From Mobula birostris (taxonomy: Eukaryota): a DNA stretch of 64,000 nt. A program made the translations under genes and the position numbers. Each line of letters begins with the position of its first letter. Positions within the stretch are counted from its first letter, which is position 1. Shown here one piece after another: positions 24,186 to 36,600 of the stretch. Location: NCBI RefSeq assembly GCF_030028105.1, contig NC_092379.1, positions 9,880,272 through 9,944,271 of the forward strand. The letters run 5' to 3'. The notes below the pieces were generated by a model. It was given only the letters and a program-made list of their open reading frames with translations, made no database searches and was not told the DNA's origin.

Positions 24186-24326
24186 TTGCTGTCTTGTTGC
24201 CTGAATGCCACCTGCATGGCACTGATGGATGCTGGGCTCCCGATGAAAAGTGTCTTCTGCGGGATTACGTGTGTGATCGACTCGGACAGAAACATCATTC
24301 TGGACCCGACGACTGCGATGGAGAAG
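24186..24326 (+). CDS. EXOSC5: EXOSC5 exon 4
   Basis: LLSCCLNATCMALMDAGLPMKSVFCGITCVIDSDRNIILDPTTAMEK, 141 nt, phase 0/0, GTTGGT donor. Confidence 0.97.
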
Positions 24327-25828
24327 GTTGGTAATACGAAATCCCTGGACATTATCAAAACCAGGGTTAATATCACCGACATATGTCAAGAAATTTGTTA
24401 ATTTTGGGGTACCAGTACAATGGCAGTACATAATTATAGGGAAAAAAAGCTGTGAATTACAATTAAGTTAAAAAAGTGTTGCAACAATAGTAAAAATAGT
24501 GTTCATGGGTTCAATGTCCATTCAGAAACCTGATGGCAGAGGGAAGAGGCTGTTCCTGAATCGTTGAGTGTGTGCCTTCAGGCTTCTGTGCTTCCTTCCT
24601 GATGGTAGTAGTGAGAACAAGGCATGACTTGGGTGATGGGCGTCCTTAATGATGAACACTATCTTTTTGAGGCACTGCCCCTCGAAGATGTCCGGGATTC
24701 TACAAGGCTAGGGCCCATGATGGAGCTGACTGAGTTTACAAATCTCCACAGCTTATTTTGATCCTGTAAGTAGCTCTCCTATTCCAGACGGTGATGCAAC
24801 CAGTTAGAATGATCTGCATGGTACATCTGTAGAAATTTGCAAGGGTTTTTGGTGACATGCTAAATCTCCTCATACTCCTAATGAAATATAGCCGCTGTCT
24901 TGCCTTCTTTACAGCTGTATCGACATGTTAGGTCCAGGTTTGGTCCTCGGTGGTATTGACACCTCGGTGGATTTGAAAGTGGGAAGGGGGCGAGATCCGA
25001 AATGATAGGAGAAGATAGGAGGGGGAGGGATGGGGCCAAGAGCTGGACAGTCGATTGGCAAAGGAGATATGAGCAGATCGTGGAACAGGGGGCCTAGGGA
25101 GGAGGGGGGAAGCCCAGAGGATGGGATGGGGTATGAGGGGGAGGTGGGGCATTAATGGAAGTTAGAAAAATCAATGTTCATGCCATCAGGTTGGAGGCTG
25201 CCCAGATGGAATTTAAGGTGTTGGTTCCTCCAACCTGAGTGTGGCTTCATCTTGACAGTAGAGGAGGCCATGTATAGACATAGAATAGGCATCCGTTAGT
25301 CTCATGAGATCATGGATTTGCACCTTGGAAGGTTTCCAGGGGGCAGGCCTGGGCAAGGTTGTATAGAAGACCAGCAGTTGCCCATGCTGCAAGTCTCCCC
25401 TCTCCACGCCACCGATGTTGCCCAAGGGAAGGGCATTAGGACCCATACAGCTTGGCACTGGTGTCATCGCAGAGCAATGTGTGGTTAAGTACCCTGCTCA
25501 AGGACACAACACGCTGCCTCAGCCAAGGCTCGTACTAGCGACCTTCAGATCACTAGACGAATGCCTTAACCACTTGGCCACGGGCCATCACTGGATAGAC
25601 ATATCAGAATGGGAATGGGACGTGGAATTAAAATGTGTTAATGTATTAGCTTACAAATCAAACCAAAACTCATTCTCTCTTTGTATTGAAGGTTTATTTA
25701 TAAACCTGTCTAAACACCTGAGGATGGATTTAACTAATGCTGATGGAAGTTGCAAATCTCCTTTGTTAATTTCAGGGCAGTAAGACAATCTCGTCCTCCT
25801 TTCTAATTCTCGGCCTTGTTTGTTCCAG

Positions 25829-25918
25829 GGCGCAGCAGCCATTCTCACCTTCTCCATCGACAGTGTTGAGAGCCAAATGCTCACGTTGTCTACAAAAGGA
25901 TCATATTCTGTTGAGGAG
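25829..25918 (+). CDS. EXOSC5: EXOSC5 exon 5
   Basis: GAAAILTFSIDSVESQMLTLSTKGSYSVEE, 90 nt, TTCCAG acceptor, GTTGGT donor. Confidence 0.95.
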
Positions 25919-28569
25919 GTTGGTCTATAAAGCTCGTGCCTTTTTAATCCTTTTTCCCATGCCCCTCTTTACCGTGATAGAAAGGGTACGGGCTCATGAA
26001 GGATGGGGTCCAACTTGCAGGAAAATCAGCAGATGTGAAAGCTGTGCGGAGAGCATGAGATGAATATCCTTTAGTGCTGATCATTGCATTGTTCCACTTG
26101 AAGGTCAGGCAAGGTTTGAGAAGCTTAATGGAGAACCTGCACTGAATACTAAAATCAATTATTGACATATTCTCCACTCACTAATGGTTCTTAATTTTTA
26201 AAATTAGATTGTGCTTTATGTGTCTGGCAATAATTGGCACTTGTGCAAATTATTTGTTTGGGGAAGGCTTTAATTTCTTGTCTGCAGTTTTGTCCCTAAC
26301 CTCCTGCTGAATTTAAATTAGCTTCTTAATTAAATCTGATAAGGGCAGCAAACTGAAAGTCTTAAAGTCATACGGCACAGAACTCTTCAGTCCATTGTGC
26401 CTCTGCCCTGATAGTTGTGGGCCAGTGTCAGATTCAGTCTGATAACACAGCAAGGGCTTGAAAATTTAAAGGTGCTATCTTGATGCACATTATTAGAGTC
26501 ATGGTGTTGTACCACACAGAAATAGGCCCCTTTGTCCCTTTCTTTCCATCATGTACCCATCCAGATCAATCCTATTTGCCAGCCCTTGGTCTGTGATCTT
26601 CTATGCTCTTGGTAATTCAAGAGCTTGTCCAAATGCTGCTTAATGTTGTCAGAGTAGCTGCTTCCATCACTTTAGGCACTGTGTTCCAGATTCCAACCAC
26701 CCAGTGGACAGAAAAATAACCCTTTGATCCAGTTTGCCAGCTTCCCACAGGCTGTAACTTTCTGGACCAGCCTTCCATGTGGGAACCAATTTCTGCTTTC
26801 TTTTTAAACCCGTCACCTGTACTATGCCGTAGGCCGCCAACAGCAGCTCGCCAGAGTCCTCTGTTCTGGGCCAGTCTTTCACTTTGTCCACAGGTGTAGC
26901 CCAGCTTCATGGTGTACCCTTCCCCCTCGCAGGAATGAGATCTTCGGAGCCTCTGTTGGCATTTCTGTAGCACTGGGTTTTTACGGGATGGGTTTGCTCG
27001 TTCCACGTCCAACCCTCCCCCTCTCGCAGGACAATCCATGGCAGTGTTCAGTCTCCATATGCTATCCCAGTTTTTACTGACTAATGATGAAAAGTTTGAG
27101 GGTTGGAAGAGTTTATTTTGAGGAACAGTAGGCTGAATGACTTCCTTGTTGTGTATCAAGTTCAGTCTGTGGATTTGGGTTCATCAGTTACCCAAGTAAC
27201 ATCACTCTGCCCTACGGCCATCTCCTGCAACTCCTCTAATGTACAGTTATCTGATAACCATCTAAGTTGTAAAATTTTGATAGCATACACATTGACATAT
27301 AGTAGGGAAATAGGCCCTTTGGCCCAACTTGTCCATGCTTACCAAGATGTCCACCTAAAATAGTCCCATTAATCTGGGTTTAGCCCATATCCCTTGAAAC
27401 CTTTCCTATCCAAGTACCTGCCCGAACATATTGTTAATGTACCTGCCTCAGTCAATAACTGCCTTTAGCAGCTCATTCCATATGCAAAAATTTATCCCTT
27501 AGATCAATTTTAAATATTTCCTCTCAGCTTAAACCTATGCCCTCTAGTTTTTGATTCCTTAAAAAGGATGAATGTACCTTAAAAAGGTACCTTCAACCTA
27601 TTCCCCCCCTCCCCCCGATGAATATTTACACCCCTTTAAGATCATCCCACAGCCACCTATACTCCAGTGAATAAAGTTCTAGCCTGCCCAGCCTCTTCCT
27701 TGGAGTCCCAGTAACATTCTTATACATCTTCGCAGGCTTGCCATGTTCAGAATCGGGTTTAATTATTGCTGGCATATGTCCTGAAATATGTTGTCTTTGT
27801 GGCAGCAGTACAAGGTAATACATAATAATAGAGAAAAATACTGTGAATTGAAGTGTGTATGTATGTAAAATTAAATAAGTGGTGTGAAAATAAAGTAGCA
27901 AGGTAGTGTAAATAAGTAATACAAAAATAGAAATAAAAGAAAGTAGTGAGGTGGTGTCCATGGGTTCAATGTCCATTCAGAAATCAGATGGCAGAAGGGA
28001 AGAAGTTGCTCCTGAATCACTGAGTGTGTGTTTTCAGGCTTCTGCACTTTCTTTCTGATTGGTAGCAATGAGAACAGGACATGATCTGGATGGGAGTCCT
28101 TAACGATGGACACCGCCTGTTTGAGGCATCTCTTGAAGATGTCCTGGATACTAATGGGGCTAGTGCCTATGTTGGAGCTAAGTTTAAAACTCTGCAGCTT
28201 ACCTTGATCCTGTGCAGAGGCCCCCCCCCCACCCCACCCATACGAGGTGGTGATGCAGCCAGTTAGAATGCTCTCCACGGTACATTATTAAAGCTTTGTG
28301 AGTGCTTTTGGTAACCTACCAAATCTCCTCAAACTCCTAATGAAATATGGCTGCTGCCGTGCCTTCTTTGTAGTTGTATCAATAGTTGGGCTTATTACAT
28401 ATCACAGGAAAGACCATCTTAATGACATCTTTCCTGCAATGGTTACCAAAACTGACCAGAGAGGTAATTCTCCCTTTTAGCAAATTTGTTAGTGTTTATG
28501 CTCTGGTAATGAATCTGGGATTTGAAGCTTTCTCCATGGTGTTGCTCATGCACTTGTCTTCTGTTTCAG

Positions 28570-28668
28570 CTTCAGCAGTGTGTTGCAATATGCCAGAAGG
28601 CTTCAGAGAAGATCTTTCAGTTCTACAGGGACTTGATAAGCAGAAGGTATTCAAAGCTAAATGAATAA
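28570..28668 (+). CDS. EXOSC5: EXOSC5 exon 6 (last coding exon)
   Basis: LQQCVAICQKASEKIFQFYRDLISRRYSKLNE*. Spliced CDS totals 663 nt = 220 aa + stop. Confidence 0.95.
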   Translation, partial: LQQCVAICQKASEKIFQFYRDLISRRYSKLNE

Positions 28669-28939
28669 AAAGGAATGTGGAATGGACCTTCCAGGTCGAG
28701 TCCTGTTGCACCAGAGATGAGGACAACAGAGGTGTGCTTCTGGTTAAAAACATGGTGCTTGCTTGGGCTGTGTTCTTGGACCCCTGCAGTTGGCTGAACT
28801 TGTGGATGTGCTGGACAGTGCCTCAGAGACTTCATCACAACTTTTGTCTTTCCCAGCATTCTGGCTTTCTACATGAACTATTGTCAAACACTGGCTGAAT
28901 ATGTCTAATGAGAGTCAGGGAGAAGGAACATGTTTTAAA

Positions 28940-28945
28940 AATAAA
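28940..28945 (+). terminator. Likely EXOSC5 polyadenylation signal AATAAA
   Basis: AATAAA ~270 nt after the stop, followed by T/GT-rich sequence. A second AATAAA overlaps the stop codon (28664-28669). Confidence 0.55.
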
Positions 28946-29326
28946 ATTCTGCTGATTATTTTTATTATTGGTTTCAAGCTGATTAAACATTTATCCAGTA
29001 ATATAATTTTGGATTCCACAATTTGATTACAGCCACATAAGATATGTTAACAAGTTTAAAGAAACCCTGATTTCCTTTTTCCACTGCTGTGGTCCCGAGT
29101 GCCAGAGCTATCTCCAGCTTCTTTGGTACCTCAGTCACTCCTGCCACCAGTGTGTCAGTGACAAAATTCAAGCCATGGTAAAAAAAGATCTTTACTTTTC
29201 CATAGCTGTTTGCTGCCAGTGGGATACAGTTTCTCCAGAGGAGAAGGATTAGCGCATGCCCTTCTATTGTGGCTGGCTCCCATTCAGCTCCAAGTTCTAT
29301 GACTGGAGGACTACCATTGGGATATA

Positions 29327-30443
29327 CACTTAGTGGCCACTTTATTAGGTACACTTGTTCATTAATGTAAATATCTAATCAGCCAATCATTGCAGCACTT
29401 CAATGCATAAAAACCATGCAGCTGTGGTCAAGAGGTTCAGTTGTCGTACAGCCCGAACATCAGAATGGGAAAGAGAAGTGATCAAAGTAATTTTGATCGT
29501 AGAGTTATTGTTGATGCCAGATGGGGTAGCTTGAGTATCTCAGCTACTGATCTGGGATTTTCACATAGAACAGTCTCTAGACTAGGAGTCCCCAGTCTGG
29601 AATCCATGGACTCCCCAGTTAATGGTATTAGTCCATGGCGCAAAAAGGGTTGGGAACCCCTGGCTTTAGAGTTTACAGAGAATTCTCAGAAAACAACAAA
29701 AAAAAAAGCTGTGGTTCTGAGAGTGAATTTGCCTTGTTAATGAGAAAGGTTAGAGGGGAATGGGCAGATTGGTTCATGCTGAAAGGGAGGTGACAGTATT
29801 TCAAATAATCAGGTATTACAACCATGATAGGCAGAAGAGCAACTCTGAACACACAGCACATCAAACCTTGAAGTTGCAGCAGAAGACCGAACATACACTC
29901 AGTGGCCTATTTATTAGGTACAGGGAGTCGCTCAAAGTACGTACACTTTCAGTTTCTTCTCTTTACAGGCAGCCACGAAACAAGAAACCCAAAAGAACCC
30001 ATTTTTTAAAAAAACAACGAACACCCAATGTGCGGTGGAGAAATGTGCAAACAATAAAAGTTAGCAAATAACATTTTAGTATGAAAGTTAGTTCTCAGAC
30101 ACGAAGCCCGGAGCAGGCCCCCAGCCACAGCTCGTCACAGAGCGGAGCAAAACATCGTGGAGCAGGACATTTTTGACCCTCGCCTCTGGTCCCAACACCT
30201 GCCTTTTCAATCCACCTGGCCTGGCATTTAAATCATCCAAACATTAGGTTGTACCCCGCCCTAGGCACCCGGGCCCCGCTGCATCGATAAAATCTGAGCC
30301 TGGACCCCACCAACACATTTCGGCCCATACGTGGCCTTTCCAAATTGGCCCAGTGCTTAGATTGATCAAGCCTCGCTCTCGCGTTTAGGCGGACAAGCTC
30401 CGAATCTACCTCTCCTCCTACCTAATAAAGTGGCCACTGAGTG
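29327..30443. mobile_element. Tc1/mariner-like non-autonomous element (with later internal insertions)
   Basis: TIR CACTYAGTGGCCACTTTATTAGG at both ends, TA TSD and an internal direct repeat near 29896. Related copies at 53078-53862 and 1-95. Confidence 0.8.
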
Positions 30444-31772
30444 TAAATGCTCTTCTATTAAGAACTTAAATAATTTTGCTTTGACATTATAATTGCAATT
30501 GCACCAGAATGTTTTTTGAAACCAATTGACCTTGTTGCCGTATGTTGCTTTCATACGCTATGTGACTGTACCGGTGAAGATGGTATTTACTTCCGTTATC
30601 AGTGTTGAGTTGTTTAAAACATAGGAGCATGGGGTGCATTACAAACTATATCAAACAAAATGCTTCAGTTGTACTTTCAGGGCTGCAGCAGCTCTGAAAG
30701 ATGACCTTCATGTGGCTTTTGACATGGGCAATGTATCAACATACATTGATGTCATGTATTGAGAATGAATGCATATGTAAAAGTTTCTCAGTCATTATGT
30801 AATTACTCTTTATAAATACGCCATTTTTGGGAGACTGCAGCAAGTCATAAACACAAGAGATCCTGCAGATGCTGGGAATCCAGAGCAACACGTGGGACAT
30901 GCTGGAGGAACGCAGCAGGTCAGGCATTCACGGAAAGGAACCAAAGTTGATGTTTCGGGTCAGGACCCTTCATCAGGATGCTGAAGTCCCACTGAAAGGC
31001 CTCAGCCCAAAACTTCAACTGATTGTTCCTTTCCGTGCGTGTTGCCTTTTTGTACGTGTTGCTTAAGAGACTGCAGCTGTTGGAATATTGAGCTAAAACA
31101 AATACTGTAGGAGGTGCTCAACAAGTCGAGCAACATTAGAGGAGCCAAAGATTCTGGTCGAGACCCTTCATAAGGGCTAAGGAGTGTAGAGCATGGACCT
31201 CTTGCTTAGTGGCATAAAAAAGGTTGGGAACCCCTGGTGTAGAGTGAAGGTGGCCATCGTACAGAGGTGAGATAGAGGGGTCAGACAGAGGATGTTGGAA
31301 CCAGATTAGTAGGATGGGTAGATAGAGCCAGGTGGGGGAGGGAGAAGAGGGAAATGCAGAGGCAGAAGGCTTGTAGGTGATGGGTAGAAATGAAGGATGA
31401 TAGGTAGATAAAGCCAGCTGGGGGAGGGTAATCCAATCCCCATGTTCCTTCCCCATTTTGCCTTTTCCAGCCCTCCCTCCTTATTGCCAAAACCCTTTAC
31501 ACTGCTCCACATGGTCAAGATGCAGCCTCTGTTTAATGCCAGATGAACCAGTTTTCTGTAAAGTGATATGATTGTGATACAGAGCACATCCACACGTTCC
31601 ACAAGTGTACCTTATACCCAGACTTCTCCTTGGATCAGACATCCTTGAGCAGGGATACCAGTCGGGTTTCAGTCAGGATGGTTGACGGTTTCTATGCTGG
31701 GACGTCCCCTTCAATGTACACTGATGAAAGATGCGGATCTCTCTTCAGTGACTGTGCCTGTGGAGATTGTCG

Positions 31773-31931
31773 CTATGCATGGGCATTCCTTGACATGTAG
31801 AGGGCAAGAACCACCACACCCGCAACATATGTACACACACCAAGGGCAATGGAACAGATGGCCATACAAAAAGTTTGCTTGGAGGCAGATCTGGCTTCGT
31901 GGTAATCCCCTCTGTCCATGATCTTGCTGGT
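31773..31931 (-). CDS. TMEM91: TMEM91 (SynDIG/dispanin, CD225 domain) last coding exon
   Basis: TSKIMDRGDYHEARSASKQTFCMAICSIALGVCTYVAGVVVLALYMSRNAHA*: C-terminal TM segment with the GVCTY motif. CCTTCCAG acceptor, phase 0. Synteny with EXOSC5/BCKDHA. Confidence 0.9.
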   Translation of the reverse strand, partial: TSKIMDRGDYHEARSASKQTFCMAICSIALGVCTYVAGVVVLALYMSRNAHA

Positions 31932-32334
31932 CTGGAAGGGCACCAGATGAGAAGTTATATTTTCACATGAAAACATTAAATAGAGAAGCAAGCAAAGTTT
32001 ATTGCTTTTAACAATGCATTTCAAATTGATAATCCAACAGGGTGTAGTTCCACTTACTTTTCTATAGGAGCGATGGGACTGCACTGGAGAGGTGCAGATT
32101 CGCCGGGATGTTACCTGGGGTGGAGTACTTCAATTATGAGGAAAGACAGGGTCTATTTCCTTGAGGTTCAGGAGACTGGGATGGGGAGGGTATATTGAAG
32201 GGGATAGATGGGTGCTATCTTCCCACAAATCTAGAGGGCATGGGGTTAGAAGGGATCTGTGGGTTTTACTTTTCACCAAAATAGGTGGTTGATATCTGGA
32301 ATTCATGGCCTGAGAGGTTGGTGGAGAACGTGAG

Positions 32335-33190
32335 ACATAGGAGCGGAATTAGGCCATTCAGCCAACGGGTTTATTTATTTTCCCTCTCGACCCCATTCTC
32401 CTGACTTCTCTCCGCCCTTAATAATCAAGAATCTATCAACCTCCGCTTTAAGTATACCCAATAACTTGGCCTCGTCAGCCACCTGTGACAATGAATTCCA
32501 CAGATGCGCCACCCTTTGGCTAAAGAAATTCATCCTCGTCTCCGGTATACAGAGACATCCTTCTTTTCTGAGGCTGTGACCTCTGGTCCTAGACTTTCCC
32601 ACTATTGGAAACATCCGCACCACGTCCACTATATCTAACCCTTTCAATATTTGGTACGTTTCATTGAGATCCGGCCCCTCCCCCTATTTATCTGAACTCC
32701 AGCGACTACAGGCCCAGATCCATCAAACATTCCTCATATGTTAATCCCTTCATTCCCGCGATCATTCTCATAAACCTCCCCTAGAGCCTCTCCAGTGCCA
32801 ACACATCCTTTCTTAGATAATGGGGCCCAAAACTGTTCACTACATTCCAAATATGGTCTGTACAATGCCTTATAAAGCCTTAGCATTACAGTACATCCTT
32901 ATTTCTATATTTTAGTCCTCTTGAAATGAATACTGACATTGCATTTGCTTTCCTTTATACTGACTTGATCTGCGCCAACCGTGAGGGAACCCTGCACTTG
33001 GATTCTTTAGTCCCTCTATACCTCCAATTTCTAATGCGCGTTGAGAAAATAGTTTATGCTTTTATCCTTTCTAGCAAAGTGCATGATTATACACTTTCCT
33101 ACACTGTATTTCATCTGCCATTTCTTTGGCCATTTTCCCAATCTGTCCAAGTCCTGAAGATTTCCTGCTTCCTCCACACTACCTGGCCAT
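32335..33190 (-). mobile_element. CR1-like LINE 3' part
   Basis: KGLDIVDVVRMFPIVGKSRTRGHSL...FFSQRV. Similar copies at 36490-37055(+), 41530-41780(+), 58322-58865(-). Confidence 0.85.
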
Positions 33191-33458
33191 CAATTCCAGG
33201 TGGATTAGTTTCGGAGAGCTGTGACTCAAGGCTTCTCAAAGAGGTGGTCTGCCATGCAGAAAGGGAATTTCAAAAGCCTCGAAGCCAGGCCCGCACAGAT
33301 TCTACCAGTGATATTCCCAGATATCCACTACATTTTAATCAAATCAGAAGGAATAGTTTTCCCAAATTCCTCAAATGAAGACCTTGATCAGCTTGCTCCT
33401 CAACATTCAAAACTCCTGGAGACAAGGCCAAAGATTCTGTCACTCAACCTTGTGGTTA

Positions 33459-33665
<207 letters not shown>

Positions 33666-36600
33666 TCAAACACTCCATTATTCAAACACTCCCCCTCCAT
33701 TTTGTCAGAGGGTAGTGCCGGAGTCCTGGGTTTTGGGCAAGGTTTAATTGACGCGGTTTGTGGATTAGACCCTGTAGTTCACATAAGGATGTGTTTCTCA
33801 TTGCTCCTTATTTTGTTCAATTTTGATCAGGGCAACCTGCAGATAACAAACGACACAGCACTGGATTGGGCTGAACCGAATGTGCTCAGACTCTTTGAAT
33901 GACTCTGTAGCTTGGTGTTTTATATCCTGTGTTTTTCCACTTGATTTTTGACATTTACGCAATTTTTTTTTTGCACATTGGGGAGGGGTTGGTGTTTTTC
34001 TTTGAACTGATTCCATGGTTGTTTCTTTGTTTCATGGCTCTGTACTGCATATATACTTTGATAGTGAATCTTTTTTTCAGCTTGTTATACCCAATGGGGC
34101 AGTGTGTCAATTTGTGATGAGTATACAGTGTATGCATACTAATGCGGCAGCATGGTATCCTAGCAGTCAGCAGAATGCTTTACAGTACCAGTGACCCAGG
34201 TTCAATTCCCACCGCTGCCTAAAAGGAGTTTGTACGTTCTCCCCGTGACCGCATGGGTTTCCTCCTGGTGCTCCGGTTTCGTCCCACAGTGCAAAGACTT
34301 ACCGGTTGGTAGGTTAATTAATCACTGTAAATTGTCCTGTGATTAGGCTAGGGTTAAATCGGGGGGGGGGGGGAACTGCTGGGCGGCACGCCTGGAAGGG
34401 CCCCTCCTCCAAACTGTATCCCCCCAAAAAAATCAATAAATAAAATGCCTTCTTCCAGATTCTGTTTTATTGAGTGCTTATGGTAATTGGTCACATCTAC
34501 CAGGATAAATGGAACCGCGTTGTTTCGCAAGCCATCCAGATCGATCATTCTGAACTTAAAGCACATTGAAGTCGTACTAAAAGGAAAAGCAATAACTGAA
34601 TGCAGAGAAAAGTGTGGTGCAGATAATAAGGTTCATGGGCCATGATGAGGTCGCTGGCTTGATGCATGAGCATAACAGGAAGCATTGCTTTTAAATGAGA
34701 ATCACCCAGCCCAGGCAAGGTCAAGTAATGCATTTTCAAATAATTATTTGTCAGAAGTTACCCCTATCCCCTCCCCTCCCCAACCTTGCCCTTGGAACAT
34801 CCCACAGCTCTCACAACAAATTAATAACCACTGAAGTACAATCACTTGACTCACTGGAGGCCAACACAACCACCTAAGATTTTACCTTCCAGGAAAAATT
34901 CCCTCCGCCCTCCCCTTTTCTTCTATTCTCTTACCTCTTCTCACTTGTCCCGGTCCCCTCCTCCTTTCCACTTCCTATGGTCCACTCCTCTCCTATCAGA
35001 TTCCTTCCTCTCTAGCCCTTGACCTTTCCCACCCTTGTCTTCACCTTTCACCTTCCAGCTATCCTCCTTCCCCTCCTTATATATTCTGGGATCTTCCCCT
35101 TTCCTTTCCAGTCCTGAAAAAGGGTATCAGCCCATCAACTGTTTATTCATTTCCACGGATGCTGCTGAGCTCCCGCAGTATTCTGTGTGCGTGTAACCAA
35201 AGATTTTGTCTTCAGACTGAGGAGACTTGCAGATGCTGGGATCTAGAACAAGAAACAAGGTGCTGTAAGATCTCGGTGGGTCAGGCAGCATCTGTGGAGG
35301 CAAATGGACAGTAAGACACCAGATGTGGGTGACGTAGTGGTTAGCACAATGCCATTACAGCTCGGGGCTTTGGATTTTCGGAGTTTGATTCCAGCGTCTT
35401 CTGTAAGCAAGTTTGTATGTTCCTGTGTACACGCGCTTTTTTTTAATTTATTAAGCTACAACATGGAACAGGCCTTTCTGGCCCTCCGCCACCCAGCAAT
35501 CCCCCAGATTAATCTTGGCCTAATCACAGGACAATTTACAATGACCAGTTAACCTACCAGCCAGTCAGGTTGGGGAAACAGGAACACCCGGAGGAGAATG
35601 CAGGGGGAACGTACACACTCCTTACTGACAGTGGCGGGAATTGAACCCGGGTCACGTGTACTGTGAAGCATTGCGCTAACCTCTAAGCTACCATGCCACC
35701 CCATTTTCTCCAGGTGCTGCAGTTTCCTCCCACAGTCCAAAGGCATACCAGTAAGTTAATTGGTCATTGTAAATAGTCCAGTGGTTAGGCTAGGATTAAG
35801 TCAGTTGGTTGTTGAGTGGCGAGGCTGAAAGAAGGGTCCGTTCCACTCTATCGCTAAATAAGTAAATAAAGATTAAAAATAAAAGAAACTACTGGAGATA
35901 ATTAGGAGGTCGGGCACAACTGTAGTAAGACAGAATGAGGGAGGGTTAATATTTGGGGCCAAGGATCTTTAGTCGAATTTGGGAAAATAAGAATCCAAAT
36001 TGGCTTTAGGTTTCAAAGTGAGAGTCCGGTGGACAGTTCAAAGAGGACATCTGTGATAGTTTGGCAACCGAGGTCGTGGAGATGACAGAAATGTTGTTAA
36101 GTTTTGTCTAAAAGCGGCAGGTAATTCCAGCTGGAGAAGGTGTAACCAGGGGAAGGTGATGAGGGCAGGAGAGAAGGAAAGATGATGCTGGAACACTGAG
36201 ATGCACAACACACCTGCTGGACATCTGATGCTGAAATATCCAGCAGGTCAGGTAGCATCTGAGATGAGGGATGTGTTATTGAAGTGCTTTGGTCCCACTT
36301 TTATTGACAATGACAGGACAGAGAGCCACTGCTCACCATCTGTTAAATTAACGGCAATGGGCTCTGGATTTGAGGAGTTCCGATACAGACCATCCCTAGT
36401 TAATGAACAGGTTCCATTTGTACAGTCAATTTTGTACAAAAAATACACAAAAATCCCTCAATACATTAACCAGCCCTCTATAATATTGGAATGAATGGTT
36501 TCAAAAGCACGTAAGACTGATTAGGGGGCATTGGTCAGACCGCACTTGGAGTATTGTGAGCAATTATAGATCCCTTATCTAAGAAAGGATATGCTGGCTT

